Assembly: GCA_040954595.2 (NCBI GenBank)
Contig: CM082577.2
Location: 4,030,305-4,094,304 of the forward strand
DNA length: 64,000 nt
Direction: 5' to 3'
From: Balanoglossus misakiensis
Taxonomy: Eukaryota; Animalia; Hemichordata
Numbering within the stretch: the stretch's first letter is position 1; every line of letters starts with the position of its first letter. Positions 40,601 through 53,502 of the stretch are shown one piece after another. Both the position numbers and the translations under genes were made by a program. The notes under the pieces are model-generated. The model had not been told where the DNA came from. It did no database searches and saw nothing but the letters and a program-made list of their open reading frames with translations.

Positions 40601-43600
40601 CAGAGAAAGTTTTGCATAAATCATTAAGGAACACAACAGTGTAATGGTGTTTGTATCAGTACCAGGACAGTTATACCCACAGAACGTTTACCACCCAGAC
40701 ATTTCCCATCCAACATTAACCCTTTCACCCAAAGTTCACTCTCTAGAGGTCCAACTGTGCCTTAGAACACAATGGATTTGGACCAAGCTATGGTGGTGAA
40801 AAAGTTAAGAGCCAGGAGAAGCATCCAATGGATAAATGTCCAGGGGGTGACTGTCCTAGAACCAATGAATCAAAAGATTACACAACGCAGAATACACGAC
40901 CCCCTATACAGCTACTTACAGAGCTCTAGTTACGCGCACAATTTCTGCCAAGAACCGACACAAACTCACCTAAAGACGACAACTGGTCTTCCAGTAGCGC
41001 CGCACTGCTTGACACTGGTTGTTTCTGCGCTGCGTTGCTGGGCGTCGCCGCGGCCGCTCCGTTCTGGGAGTCTGTTAAATGAGACAATGCTGACGGCGTA
41101 TCTGAGAAGGGTTCCCCTGACGCACTCAGTAACACACTATCCACATCAATCAAGGATGATTTAGCACCGCCTGGCAGAGTGAAATGAGGAGAATGGCAAA
41201 GATGGGGTGGAATAAGCATAGAGGCAATGCAAAGACTGAACTCGCTACCTTATATGGGTATTTGCTACAGTATATGTGTTGAGGGGTAAAAATAATATAA
41301 TTACTCCACTCTTTTGACTGTTGTTCTAATTCAACTTCCCCTATATTTGCGAAAAAATATTTTTTATTTCATCTCTAGAAATTTGATATACCTATACATG
41401 ACCGAGACTGCCATCTTGACTTCATCAATCATTTGAGATTTTCATCCCTCAACCCACTGACAAAAACCTTAAGGTGGCGAGAATTAAGGGCAAATCTGAC
41501 CTTTAACCTTGACTTGACATTAGCTTCATGGTATGAAATGCTAAGACAAGTGATTATGGGCTTGAGAAGACGGTGGAGAAAAATGTCTCACTGGAATTTA
41601 CTGTGTTAGCACTGGCTGCTTGTGAACTGGTGAAATGCTGCTTGCTTGACAGACTGGTAGATTACATGTACATTGTTCAGCATGTAATAAGTACAATGAA
41701 AAGAACCACATGTGTACACCCAGCTTTGGCACTCACACCACACTTCAGCAAGACTTAGTGTAAATTGTATTAGCTTTAAAAAAAGTTTACTCCAAAATGG
41801 TAGTTCCTTGGAGTCTGTTTTCAGGTATTTAGTTGCAGATTTGCATCTAGCTGCCAGCTTGTAGCAAGTTCATCAATCACACTGCGTTTTCATATGATAC
41901 AAATTCTGACCTGTAACTCACCTGGCAGTGTAGCTGTCGAATCTTCTTCTCCAATTATGACCTTCTTATAAAGAGCCATCACCCTTACTAAATTATCATT
42001 TGCTTGTAGAACATCACCTGTAAAGATATTATCCCATTAGAACACTTACACTCGTGACACAAAGAAATTAGCTTCAAACAGTATGAGATAAGGTGAAGCC
42101 AGGTCAAATTTAGTTTTTACTCTTGTTGCCCTTTACTTGAAATCCTTGCAAATTCTACACATGAATAGACTTGGGAACTGCAACACAAAAGACAATCAAG
42201 TGCAAAAAGAACGACTTACTGAGTTCATCATCTTTATCATCTGTGTCACTAGCTAGTGTAAATAGTTTGGGTCTCATTCTTTCACACGACTCGTAGAGTT
42301 CCTGTAAAATATCGGTAATTCACGTTAGCCTTCAGAAATGCAAATTTACGTTGCACAGATTCTTGCCTTGATCGCTGTTTGGAACCCTCATCACTGACAC
42401 CAAACTGTATACAGATATGTGCCACATTCGTGGATTGCACTACGTGGGATACTGGGGCCCCTTAAAAATAATGGTATCACCCAGGGGGTAAAGTCATGTT
42501 CACTAATTACACCAGCTCCAGATACTGAATCACAAGGTCTGTCCCAACTCATTCCAGGGCCTATGGTCTGACTAGCAAACCTGCATTCCACGGAAAATAT
42601 TACAAACTTACCTTCATCAAATCCAACTCAGCGCTGCTTGTTACACCCGGTCTATAGTGAACTAACATTTCATTCAGTAATTTGACGTTGTTATTACACG
42701 TCTCTAGTTCCGTCAACCTTCTGTTCACTTTCTCCATTCTCTCGCTGTCTTCCTTCACCATGTTCTTGATCAGTCTGTTTGCTGCCTGCAGATCTTCTGG
42801 GTTTTTGCTTTTCAACAGCCTATCCAGCAACTGCAGTGAAAAAAGAACACCAAAGAATGCTTCAGTGGTGACAAAAGAATAAACGTTGGAAGAAAAAAGC
42901 TCAGTGGTTTCAAAAATTTCAGTTCGCTTCCTTGGAGGAATAAATTCTACCTGAGAAAAATTCTGCAAGGTAATCATACACTAATCAGTTGCCTTGGTAT
43001 AAACAGAATCTTGGTTTATTTTTCATGTCAAGAATGTAAAGCCCCATAAGCAGCCACTTTAAGCATATTTTTTCACAAACACCGGTAGTACTTTTTGTCA
43101 TTCAGCTGCCATGCAGCCATCAACTAACAAAAGTGGCATTCTCATTTAACCCTTTCTCTACCATGGTTCAGTCCAAACCCATTGTTTTCTATGGTAAGGT
43201 TGGAACCTCTAAAGAGGGAACTGGGGGTGAAAGGGTTAAAACCACTCTGTTGACCATCCCCATCTTGTGACACACTATCTACATGTACCATGGACAAGCC
43301 ACTGCCCTCTTAACCCAATTAGATAAATGTACATTCACGCTTCCCCTAAGAATCGCCCTGCCCCCAATCCGAGAGTCTTGTAAATGAAGGTTTGGCTTCA
43401 TGCAACAAGATGCAGGAGGGTGTCGATTCAATCTTCAGTTACCAAACACTTGTGTATCGGTCTCAATGTTTAACGAACCTGCCCCCAATGCTGTTAAGCC
43501 TCCACCCTGAGCGTACAGAACGTCCCATGCCTTTTTTTTCTCAAAAACTGGACACATTCATTCATGACAAGGGTGTTGGTGATGTGAACTGTTAGTAACT

Positions 43601-46600
43601 GTTGTTCCCTCATATTCACCTCTTTAAAATAGGCTGATCCATTTCCAAGCCAAGTCATTAGTGTATCAGCGACTACCTTCAGTTTGTCCTGTGTTTGGAT
43701 GAGAGGGACACCCAGGACGGCAATGAGAAATATTTGAGAAGGAGCCAGTCAGAGATTGTCAGGGGCGTTGTAGTAACAGCAACTTCGTATCGCAACACCA
43801 ACGGCAGAATTTTCATGTCGGGAATACTGACGTGCGCAGAGGACAAAACATGCACATCTCCAAAATCAGCTTCAATCTGTTTACCAATGCTTCCACAGCA
43901 CTGAATCTGAGGAGTTGTTGGTCTTAAAGGTGTACACGTCCGAGCTCATTGCTGTCAGCATTCCCTCAACGAAAATCATGACGTGGTTGGAATGGAAAAG
44001 TTTGATTCCTTGTAGACCCATATCAAATACAGTGTAATCAACTTTTGCTACATTCTTTTGTTACAATGGCACTCCTATTCTGTGGCCCAAACAACTGAAA
44101 CAGGCATACAATAAATGAAATTGATGAGCTAGGGGCAAATGGACGTGGTCAAACGTTTGGCACCATACCCCCAACTGTTGAAAATCCTCTACATGGAGTA
44201 CAAGATGCACAAGTCAGATCGTGCTTGCATAATGCAAGGGCCCCAAACATGAGAATCTGTTGCGTTCAGCACAACATGCAGATTATTTTCACCGCAAAGC
44301 CAAATGATAATATTCAGTTTTTGAACCCTGGAAATATGATTTTGAAATGAGGGAACACTGACAGTTACGCTCAACAGTGTCAAAAGAAAAAAAAACAATT
44401 TCATCATTTATTCACATAACTTTTTAACAAGTCAATTTTTTCTACACTTTCATCATTCTACGTCATGATCTTAATACTAGGCAGACATTCCAAATTGGAT
44501 ACAAATCTACATTACAAAAGGTCAGAAGTAGATTTAAAAAGATGTGACAGAGGGTGAAATGTTCATGCTGTGAATTCAAAAGAAGCTATGAGGTACCTGT
44601 GAACGCTTACAAAACCTTTAACAGTAGTGTTTTTTTTTAATTCAGGCTATGGCAATTTTTGTATCTTTAGATATATACAAAACAGAGTATGTGGATAAAC
44701 CTCATTCACCAAATCAGAAGATAACATTCAGAAGGCCTGAATGGCCCTGTCAAGTCCTGGCCTTTAAGACATTGCAAGTTAGTTTATGTTAAAGAGATGA
44801 CTCATGTAAAAAGTAATCCAATTCACATGTGTACATACATCTTCTATGGTGTTAACACTACCAAAATGAAATATTAGAGCAAACACTAGCTGTTATGTGT
44901 TATGTAAGATGCTAGGAGATGTTGTGAGTTAGAGTCGTACAACAGAATTGTCATTTTTGTGCAGACTGTGATTAAATGAAAAAATTACCTTTGCTTTATC
45001 ATCATCTTCAAACAGCGCATTCTTAGGTCTGGGTGGTGGAGGTGGTTCATAACTTGTGTCTATGTAAGCTGGGTCTTTGGTTACAATGCCTGTGAGAGGA
45101 AAATACACAAAGACATCCAGGTCAGTGCAAACAAAGACAAAGTACAGTACAACATCTCAGGTGGTGGCTGGTCCAATAATACAAACTTGACAATCATTAC
45201 TACACACCGACGGGCCCAAAGCGGTTTCTAATGCTCTGGGGATACTCTATGGTGGAACTCATTGCAGTCATTAACAGGACCCGTAAGTACGCATGAATTT
45301 ATGAGTAGACATGATATGCCAGCTTCCTAAGTTTCAGGGCGGATCAGGCAAATACCATTTATGGTATAATTGTGAACCAGTTCCAGATCATGTATTCACC
45401 GGGTCAGAGACAACCTACCTTGCTTCTTCAACATCTGGTAAGCATCACTTATCTTTGACTCATGAGGCAAGCCCATATGCCAACTGTAAATTAACTCTAT
45501 TACTTTGGTTTTCACTTTGTCTGCCGTCTTGTCACCTAAGTACTGTACAATAGAGAAAAACATGGAAAAGAAACAAAAACACATATTAGGCAGTTTCCAA
45601 CGAAATGTTATCACATCGATGAAGAAAGATAATTTTTAAAAATAAACAAATTACATTTTTCAAGAACAATGGATAATCTGCACACAAAAATGAAGTTCCA
45701 TTTGCACCAGTGTGGTCACTGGTATCTGTAAGTATGCATTTTTTTCTTCAAACGGCAGTAATATTGTGACCCATGTACATGTATACTCACCTTTGGAGAA
45801 ATTAACTTGATCAATTCATTGAGGAACCTAAATTTACCAATTTCTTGATGAAACCGCCTCCCACAGTTTTTCACACATGCCTCCAAAACAGTCAATGCTT
45901 GTAAGGCTTCTTTTTCTTGCGGTGACTGGATTTTGTGTGCAATCAGCTTGGTACTGATTTGAGGTCTAAAGCAAAAAAACACACACACCAAAACATGACA
46001 TCACTATTTTTCTCCATATATGATTCCATGATATACAATATATATATATAGCTTTATAAAAATACTCACCAATATTACATAACCACTGCCATAAACCATA
46101 AAGATATACAATACTTTTCTGTACACACGGAACAACGCTTTACAAAGAGAACAGTATATCAGTGGCTGAGTGCACAGCTAAAGGAATGGAGCCTTCATAC
46201 AGCTACAGGTCCAGCAAAATGAGAGGAATAAATTTGATAAACTTACCCTTCCAATTCCTTGTTGACCTGGTCACAAAATCCCATGATATATTCCCAATCA
46301 TCTTCTCTGTTGGCCGGATTGGTGGCTTTATCTATGGAGAAAAACTTATCACTATCAGCAAACACGGAACAAACATATGATATGTCCTGTGCTATGCAAC
46401 TTGCATTGCATCTTGACCACCGCATCACGCGCATGTGAAAGTGACAACAGTCAACGCCCACTTCGGGTTTATCTATACGAACGTTACCAATGTGATAAAT
46501 ATTACTGTCGCGCAATTAACTGTGTAAAAATGACGAAGCAGATTGGACCATAAAATGGGCACACATATCGTGAACACGGGTTTTCGATTACATGTACATG

Positions 46601-46870
46601 TATAACCAACCCGGAAAAGATCATGGTTTGCATGTAATTGTAACCGCTGTACAGAGAGAGGTGGTGGTGGACTGTCGATAACGTTACGTGATAATATCAG
46701 TAGTCAAATTCCTTCTAAAGCAAAGACATTTTATCTGAAATTACTAAGCTAAGTATAATTTTATATTTAATTTTTTTTAATGTGCATTTTCATTTCAGTT
46801 GTCTCGGTAAATACACGAAAAACATATACTCACTGAGCCACGACTCGAGACTATCCCCTTCCTCCGCCAT
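37650..46870 (-). CDS. GGA3: GGA clathrin adaptor (VHS-GAT-hinge-GAE); probably co-ortholog of vertebrate GGA1/2/3, N-terminus GGA3-like
   Basis: 15 in-frame exons: 46870-46834, 46331-46247, 45965-45791, 45542-45419, 45089-44989, 42830-42612, 42301-42220, 42017-41922, 41170-40970, 40575-40352, 39429-39125, 38940-38684, 38457-38294, 38121-38011, 37748-37650. MAEEGDSLESWLNKATNP...GKFRFLNELIK (VHS), LLKSKNPEDLQAANRLIK (GAT), clathrin-box-like LIDVD and LVDIE, FQAAVPKVMKVKLQPPS...ITQVMLLANP (GAE). Confidence 0.93.
40716..40808 (-). mobile_element. ~93-bp MITE, reverse copy
   Basis: ttaaccctttcacccaaagttc...ggatttggaccaagctatggtggtgaaaaagttaa. Confidence 0.7.
43146..43239 (+). mobile_element. ~93-bp MITE, intact copy with TTAA at both ends
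   Basis: ttaaccctttc...ccatggttcagtccaaacccattgttttctatggtaagg...gggaactgggggtgaaagggttaa. Confidence 0.85.
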
Positions 46871-48139
46871 GTTGAATACTATTAAAAACACTACCTAAGC
46901 CAGTGTGTATTCTCCAAACAAAACAACCATTCATTGTTTTAAAATCGGGATAGAGAAGGTACGCGTTATGATATCATTGAAAATCTAATACCATTTAATT
47001 ATCAGTTACTTTTCAACCAGACTCTATTCACATTTTTCTAATAATTTAGTTACATAAAAGCCTTGTCGAAGGCAACCATATTGTCAAATTCCAAGTCTTT
47101 GAGAGGCCTTTGCAACGAGTACACGTCCTGTATCACCCTGCCGGTCGCACCTGCTACCTGCTTGAAATAACATTAAACAGAAGAGAAGTCCGTAAAACTT
47201 TGGTGTTTATTATTAATTACTCAAAATGCAATTGTTATTTTTTTTTATATAAACCACCAAAATAAATCGATTCTATGGTGGCGCTCTTTTTTCTCCACCT
47301 TACTGAAAATCTGTGATTGGGTAACTCAGTTTGCCATGTAGGCCTAACTGTAGGTTAGCTAGGTAAATATGCACAGTCAGTTTTGTCGGCTGTGTTATGT
47401 GACAGTGTGAATATATATCTAATACTAGATAGTTTGGTCTGCATAAAGTTGCATTCAAACGCAAGAAATTGACACTAAATTCACTGGTGGGTTGTTGGTG
47501 CTGTTGTTGTTGATGTTTATGTTGTTTTGCATACTAATATACATAGGCCTATGTACTACCGGCCACTGTACCACTAGTATGCTAGAGTTGACATATATCC
47601 AGGAATATAAGAAGAAACGAAAGCGTTTGAACATTGATGCTTTATTTTCCAGTGCAAAAAGTGAAAGCTCTTGAAACTGGTGTTTCTTTTCAAACAAAAA
47701 CACACACACACACACAAAAAAAAACTATAGATATATTTATGCATTTTAACAGAGGCAGCGATGGGCCGCCATACAGTTGCTATCGGAAAAAGAAAATAAT
47801 GAATACTTTCAATGAAATAAATGTTGAGTCATAATACAATGTCTAGCAGGAATTGTGAACAGAATTTGGCAAGGCAATCACTATAATTGTCTAAATAAGC
47901 CCCTCCAATGTTTTTCGTTTGAAAATAGCAAAAGATTTTGGTGTGATACGAATTTTTTTTTATCTGCTTCGAATTCCACTACAAAAAGTGACCATGCACA
48001 ACTTTCCGTACTAAAAGAGTAAAATATGATATAAATATAATCGATGATTGATATTTTAAGGCAAGTCGGCATTTATGGATTGCGATCTCTCTTTTTATGG
48101 AAGAAATGCTGCAACAGTTCTCTATTTAATGATTGAAGA

Positions 48140-48724
48140 TCACTCTTCAAGTTTAGCCCTCAGATTTTCTCTGCGCTTGTCAGAGCCAGAAATTTCTTGA
48201 TGAACCTGTCTAAATGTCCAATGTTCACTCCTGATGTAGTCACCTTCAAGTTTCTTTTTTTCTTCCAAATATTTCGAATATTCTTCCCGTATTTTCTCGA
48301 CATCAACTTTCTGATCCTTGATCCTGACCTGAAAAAGGTCCAGTCTGCCCCGGAAGTCTTGCAATTCAACTGCCGCCCTGCGGTGCCCTTCGCTCACCTT
48401 CCGCGGGGCGTAGGAGCTATCGTTGAGCGAACTGATGACTGCCTGGAGTACACTGGTCGCCGCCGATGCAACGACCGCCCTGCGTTTGTTTTTCGGCTGC
48501 ATGTCATCGTACACGTCGGACAGCATCGTGCCAGCACCGGCAATGCTGACCGCACCGAGAACGAAAGACGTGTACATCGCCCACCTGTCGAGGCGTTCAT
48601 ACCACTCGGCACTTATGTGGTGACTCACTGCGTGGAAACGAGCTTTGTCGGCCATTTTCCAGGCTAGTTTGGAGATCTCCTTTCTTATTATCTGGGAAGA
48701 GGAATCGGGAGACTCTTTATCCAT
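48140..48724 (-). CDS. 194-aa two-transmembrane protein, SLATT-domain-like
   Basis: Intronless, GC/CpG-richer ORF; Kozak gccATGG with in-frame TGA 60 nt upstream; hydrophobic segments WAMYTSFVLGAVSIAGAGTML and AVVASAATSVLQAVISSL; SHHISAEWYERL before the first segment and SEGHRRAAVEL after the second; charged helical C-terminus. Family call is by eye. Confidence 0.7.
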   Translation of the reverse strand: MDKESPDSSSQIIRKEISKLAWKMADKARFHAVSHHISAEWYERLDRWAMYTSFVLGAVSIAGAGTMLSDVYDDMQPKNKRRAVVASAATSVLQAVISSLNDSSYAPRKVSEGHRRAAVELQDFRGRLDLFQVRIKDQKVDVEKIREEYSKYLEEKKKLEGDYIRSEHWTFRQVHQEISGSDKRRENLRAKLEE

Positions 48725-50984
48725 GGCAACGGGGAATGGCTCTTTGGTAATATGTCGCCGTAGCTGGTGAACAAACCCGTGTCAAATTCTGATAGATTGT
48801 GGTAGTTTAATTTTTTTCTGGGACTTTTTCAATTCACGCAGTTGCTATTATTTGAGAATCAAAACGGGTTGAAGGAATTCTCTTCAATTCACAAACACCA
48901 AGTACGACACAAATCATAGATCTGAGATGCTGAGGTTTTGTCTGACTCTTGGCCGGTGATGAAGTACTGATAATCTGGAAGGAGAAAAAACAACAGCATG
49001 CAGTCCGGAGAAAGATTTGATGACGAAGATACAGTTAAAAATTAGTTTTACTAGATTAAAAAAAAACAACCACAGAAAAATATCAGAAATCATATAACGT
49101 TACTACTTCTCGACAACTTGTAAACAGTCACAGATCTAGAGCAGGTGAACATAGTAACCCTGCGTACAGGTCTGTGTGTTCCCGGCGTTACACGGTTACA
49201 TAGGTATTTCTCATTGCACACGCTCGTAAGCTTTATTGCTTCACATGTACATGTATATTTCTTTTCAGTGCCAACATTTGTCGATTCATTGGAGATTTTA
49301 GTTTGAGATTGTTCATTATTCGCGTGTATAAATTCGAACATATTCAGCTCGATTCACCCTTTTATCACGTTAAGAGGAACCAAAATGGCAGAATCGAATT
49401 CCCCTAGGGTCACATTTTATTGACGACGACCAAAGTTCATGACATTAAATCATAACGACAGTACACCCGTGTTTCAAGTCTGCATACATCTGGTCGTATT
49501 GTAACATCACAGACTGCAAGACTTTAGGCCTATAATTTAAATTCATGGAGACAAAAGTTGGTGAAGTTCCTTTCACAATGTTTGTACCCTACATTTAAAA
49601 TCGTACACTTATAAATTAGTAAAGTATATTACAGACTGATTTATACACTTTAATATTCTCACGTAGGTAATATTTCCGGGAGTTCGAATCACTGCAGTAT
49701 CTTGTTATTAGATATACGATTATTTTCCCATGTCACATCTCAGGACAGTTCGTTCGAATATCACGTCAAAGACAAGAATTATATCATTATAATATTATTT
49801 AAGCTTACCAATGCTATCGAAGAGTGCAGTGTACTCTTTCAAGTCGGTGCCCTGGTGTTGGTTCAGCAAAAATGTATATGACTGCCCTCTATCGGAATTT
49901 TAAGACTGCATTTCCACGAATTTCCGCGAAAGCGAAACAAAACTGCGTGGGCCCCAAGAACGTCAGTCGACTACAAATTTGGTCGCAGTCACGACAATGT
50001 ATTTTTCGAATGTCTGAATTAGGCATCAGACTATCGTGTGCTGATGGTTGAACTTTTAATTTTCATTTTAGAAACTGCGATGGGACGTCCTCAATTTTAC
50101 TGTCGCTTTGCAGTTGTTGCACGCGGCGATTGCTCCTATGACTTAGAAATTGCGTTTGTTCCCAAGTGAATGTAGTTTTAAATAGTAAACAAATCGACCC
50201 GACTTCTACTTTAAATTATGCCAATTCCATGTAAGCAAATCATAGCAAAAACGTATATGCCTAATTTAAATATAGGCTACAGGGTACATGTACATAAAAC
50301 GATGTTCCTATTGGGTGACTACATGTATATGTTATATAAACTAAAAGTCTATAGCGGTACATCCATGAGGGATGTCAAAGTTTGGATGATAAGTCCCGGG
50401 CTATTGATAACCACCCGCCCTAGAGCCTAAACGTCGACAATCGGTTGTAAAACTGGGAACAATACAGACAGACAGATGCCAGATGTGTATACTTGAAAAG
50501 TTTTTAGATAAAACAAATCATTTGTTTTGTGAACTGTTCATAGCAATAATAAAGAATGTGCACAATTGGTCTGGACAAACAGCTGATTGACTTATCGTAC
50601 ATTTCCGATTTTGAGTCTTTCCAGTGTTTTTCAACTTGCATTTGAAATTTTATGAACAGGCAAGTGTTTGAATATTGATGACGCTGCAGCAGCATGCAGG
50701 TTCTCTGTATGACGACAATGATACGTCATATACGCCCTAGCCACGCAAACAATGTGACAGATTGACAAATTTTAACACGCCTAGGAGTTCAGATACAGTT
50801 GAGCATGCGCATAAAACGTGTTGAATCGTTTCCCACAATGCATTGTGTGGATCGAGAAGAGGCTTGCTGAAAAAGGGTAGTTCCAGCTGCGAAAGTGCCT
50901 CTATAATTGTCATTTTATCCCGTTTACGAAGCATATTTATGCCTACTAAAGTTTAAAATCTAAACCTAAAGGCTTACTGTTGAA

Positions 50985-53502
50985 ATGGCTGATCAGAAAG
51001 ATCGGCAAGAAGACTCGGTAGGCGAATTATGGGTGTCGAACTGGGAACAACAATGCATTGAACAACTTGAAAGCGAACCAAATTTTGAGGAACGTTTGTC
51101 GGCAGACAGGGAAGAAACAAGCCAAAAAATGTGGCTGTCCTTCCAGAATTCAGCAACTGCTGTAGCTCAGCTATACAAAGGTAATTTCTAGGTGTTACTT
51201 TAAATGTGCGGTTTTCAACAATTTGCCAATCTTGCGAATGCGGAAAAGTACAACTTGTATGGAATCATTCATATGTCGTTTATGTTGGCCATTTTGCAGA
51301 CCGAGTGTGTCATCATTCGACGCCAGCAGTTTGGATCTCGTTTCAAAATGCAGCCACGGCGGTGACCCAGCTTTATAAAGGTCAGTGAATCACCAGGGTT
51401 TTCATTATAGCAATTTGATTGTCCTGCTTTTTTTTGCTATCGATGCCATTTTATGCCTTGAACATGTCATGACCAATGTCGACACAGCATAAACAATCAT
51501 ATTCCGTGCGTAACGATACCCCACCCTACAACCTCCTGAATCAAACGTATTCACTTTGGGCGAAACATAAGAAAGGAATTTTAACAAACCCAAATTAACC
51601 ACGTCATATCGAAAATTCCCTATACACCGACACTGCTGGTGTGTTCTTAGACGAATATTCATAATCGTAACAGCACCAACATTGCATGAATCCCTGCAAG
51701 TATTATGTCCCAGGGCATTTGTAGTAATCAAGGTTGCATCCCTTTGTGTCAGGGATACTTGCTTACATATACATCTGCCTGATGTAAAGCCCAATACATG
51801 TAGTTAGCAAGTCCAGGTTGATTATGAGCCGCATTTTTACTTGTAAAATATTAAAGACGAAACTTGCTGGTGCAATGTTTAGTTGACTAGGCAATGATGC
51901 CAATTTTCTAGCATCAATAATTTTAGCGTGGATTCTGACCTTGGCAGGGTTTATATGTTGACTCATGCATGTAACGTTCATTTACGTAAATTAAAAGTCG
52001 CATCATTTTGGGAAGAGAAAATACATTTTTAGGGGATGTGGTATGCATCCTGTGACTTCTACCACAATTTCAGTGAATATCGGCAAACCAGGGGCAGTGT
52101 CCCCTACAAAATAGTACAAGCATCCCAGTGTGTCATACACCTAAGAATTTAATCATATCCTCTGGAACTTCGCATACATGTACATTGTATTATTAACAAA
52201 GTTCCCTCAGAAAAGACTAAACTGTGTCAAAAATGACATTAGCAACAAGTTTATAAAACATGCGAGATACATATTTTGAATGTGCCATATGGTCAATGAT
52301 TTACCTAATTATGAACTTTGATAGGTATTTAGGTAGTACATGTAGTGTACATCATTAAAATGAATCAATCTGAAATAACTGATTAAAATGGATGTCAATC
52401 GTGTAAAAAGTTAACAGAGGGAAAAGTGAAAGACTGGTTCTGTATGTGATGTAACTTTTTGGTACATGTAAATTTCCCAGCTGTTGTTTGCTCTGTATGT
52501 TTACCATGCCTTTGTCCAATTCTATCGCTGGTTTCACTGATATCATTATTGGTGTCTCTATGACAGATTGTTTCGAGTTACAAAGAAGAGGAATAGAATT
52601 AGGAATTCAAAGTGGGCAGCAGAGAAGAACCAAGGACATTGTCTCATGGGCAAAGAAGAAAAGGCGACATATTCGTAGAGAGGACTTGTTAGGTTTCCTG
52701 TGTGGAAAGAACGTACCACCCAGGTTACGCTCAACACCTTTACAGCGCAGCGGCTTTGACCGCACATCTCCTAAACATCCCAGTAGTGGCTTTGATCGTA
52801 GTTCCCCTAGACACCCTAATCTATTTGGTGATGGCCTGCTGTCGCCTGACAGTGAGTTGCAGCCATTTCGAGAGGCATTAGCATTACAAGGTAAGTGTTA
52901 TATCGGGACATAGTAGTCCTCTTGTGTGTAATTATGTGTGTGTCATGCGATTTAGTATCCTGTGACTGGAATGAGTTAACACACGAAGCATACAAGTCAG
53001 GGAGTAGAAAAAAAATCCCTTGCACTTGCTTGATATGCTTCCATTACACTAGGAATAATTGATCACAGAATGACTTTACATTTGTGAGATATCTTAAATG
53101 GCTGAGAGGCGACGCTTTTTAATAAAGTGATGTTGCAGATGCTAAGACTTAAGGGGTTGGATTCTCTTCTTCATGGAAAAAATGATTTATGCCCATCCAT
53201 CAGCAGTCTCTAAAACCAAATGCTAACTCGATTTTACATATATTTTATCTCTGTTTTCTCCCGCAGGTTTAAATGGTGCAATGGCCAATGTTAGCGTAGA
53301 TAGTAATTCGTCTGCTTCAAGCACTCAGGGCAGTGTTCACTTTGGGAGACGGCGTCACGGTGCTTTTAATGAAACAAATGGTGTGATGAGCCCAGAGGAA
53401 CTGTTCAATCTGTGTGACTCTTCTAGGAAAAGAAACTCTAATGTGGTATCAACAGATGTCCTGATGGAATCCCCTCCACACAAACGGGGCAGATTTTTAT
53501 AG
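50985..53502 (+). CDS. HAPSTR1: HUWE1-associated protein modifying stress responses (C16orf72 family)
   Basis: Exons 50985-51180, 51300-51380, 52567-52890, 53267-53502 join in frame: WVSNWEQQC, MWLSFQNSATAVAQLYKDR, SFQNAATAVTQLYK, WAKKKRRHIRREDLLGFLCGK, LQPFREALALQGLNGAMANVSV, C-terminal SPPHKRGRFL*. Confidence 0.93.

Noticed and set aside
41592-41653. Possible cassette exon in the GGA hinge
   Set aside because: 62 nt (frame-breaking) with a weak polypyrimidine tract; not supportable.
43340-44040. GC-richer segment in GGA intron 5 as a nested gene or retroelement
   Set aside because: The frames I translated close within about 60-100 codons and show no recognisable motif; unresolved without a search.
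48197-48667. 156-aa plus-strand ORF
   Set aside because: Antisense shadow of the SLATT-like ORF, which has the Kozak context and domain pattern.
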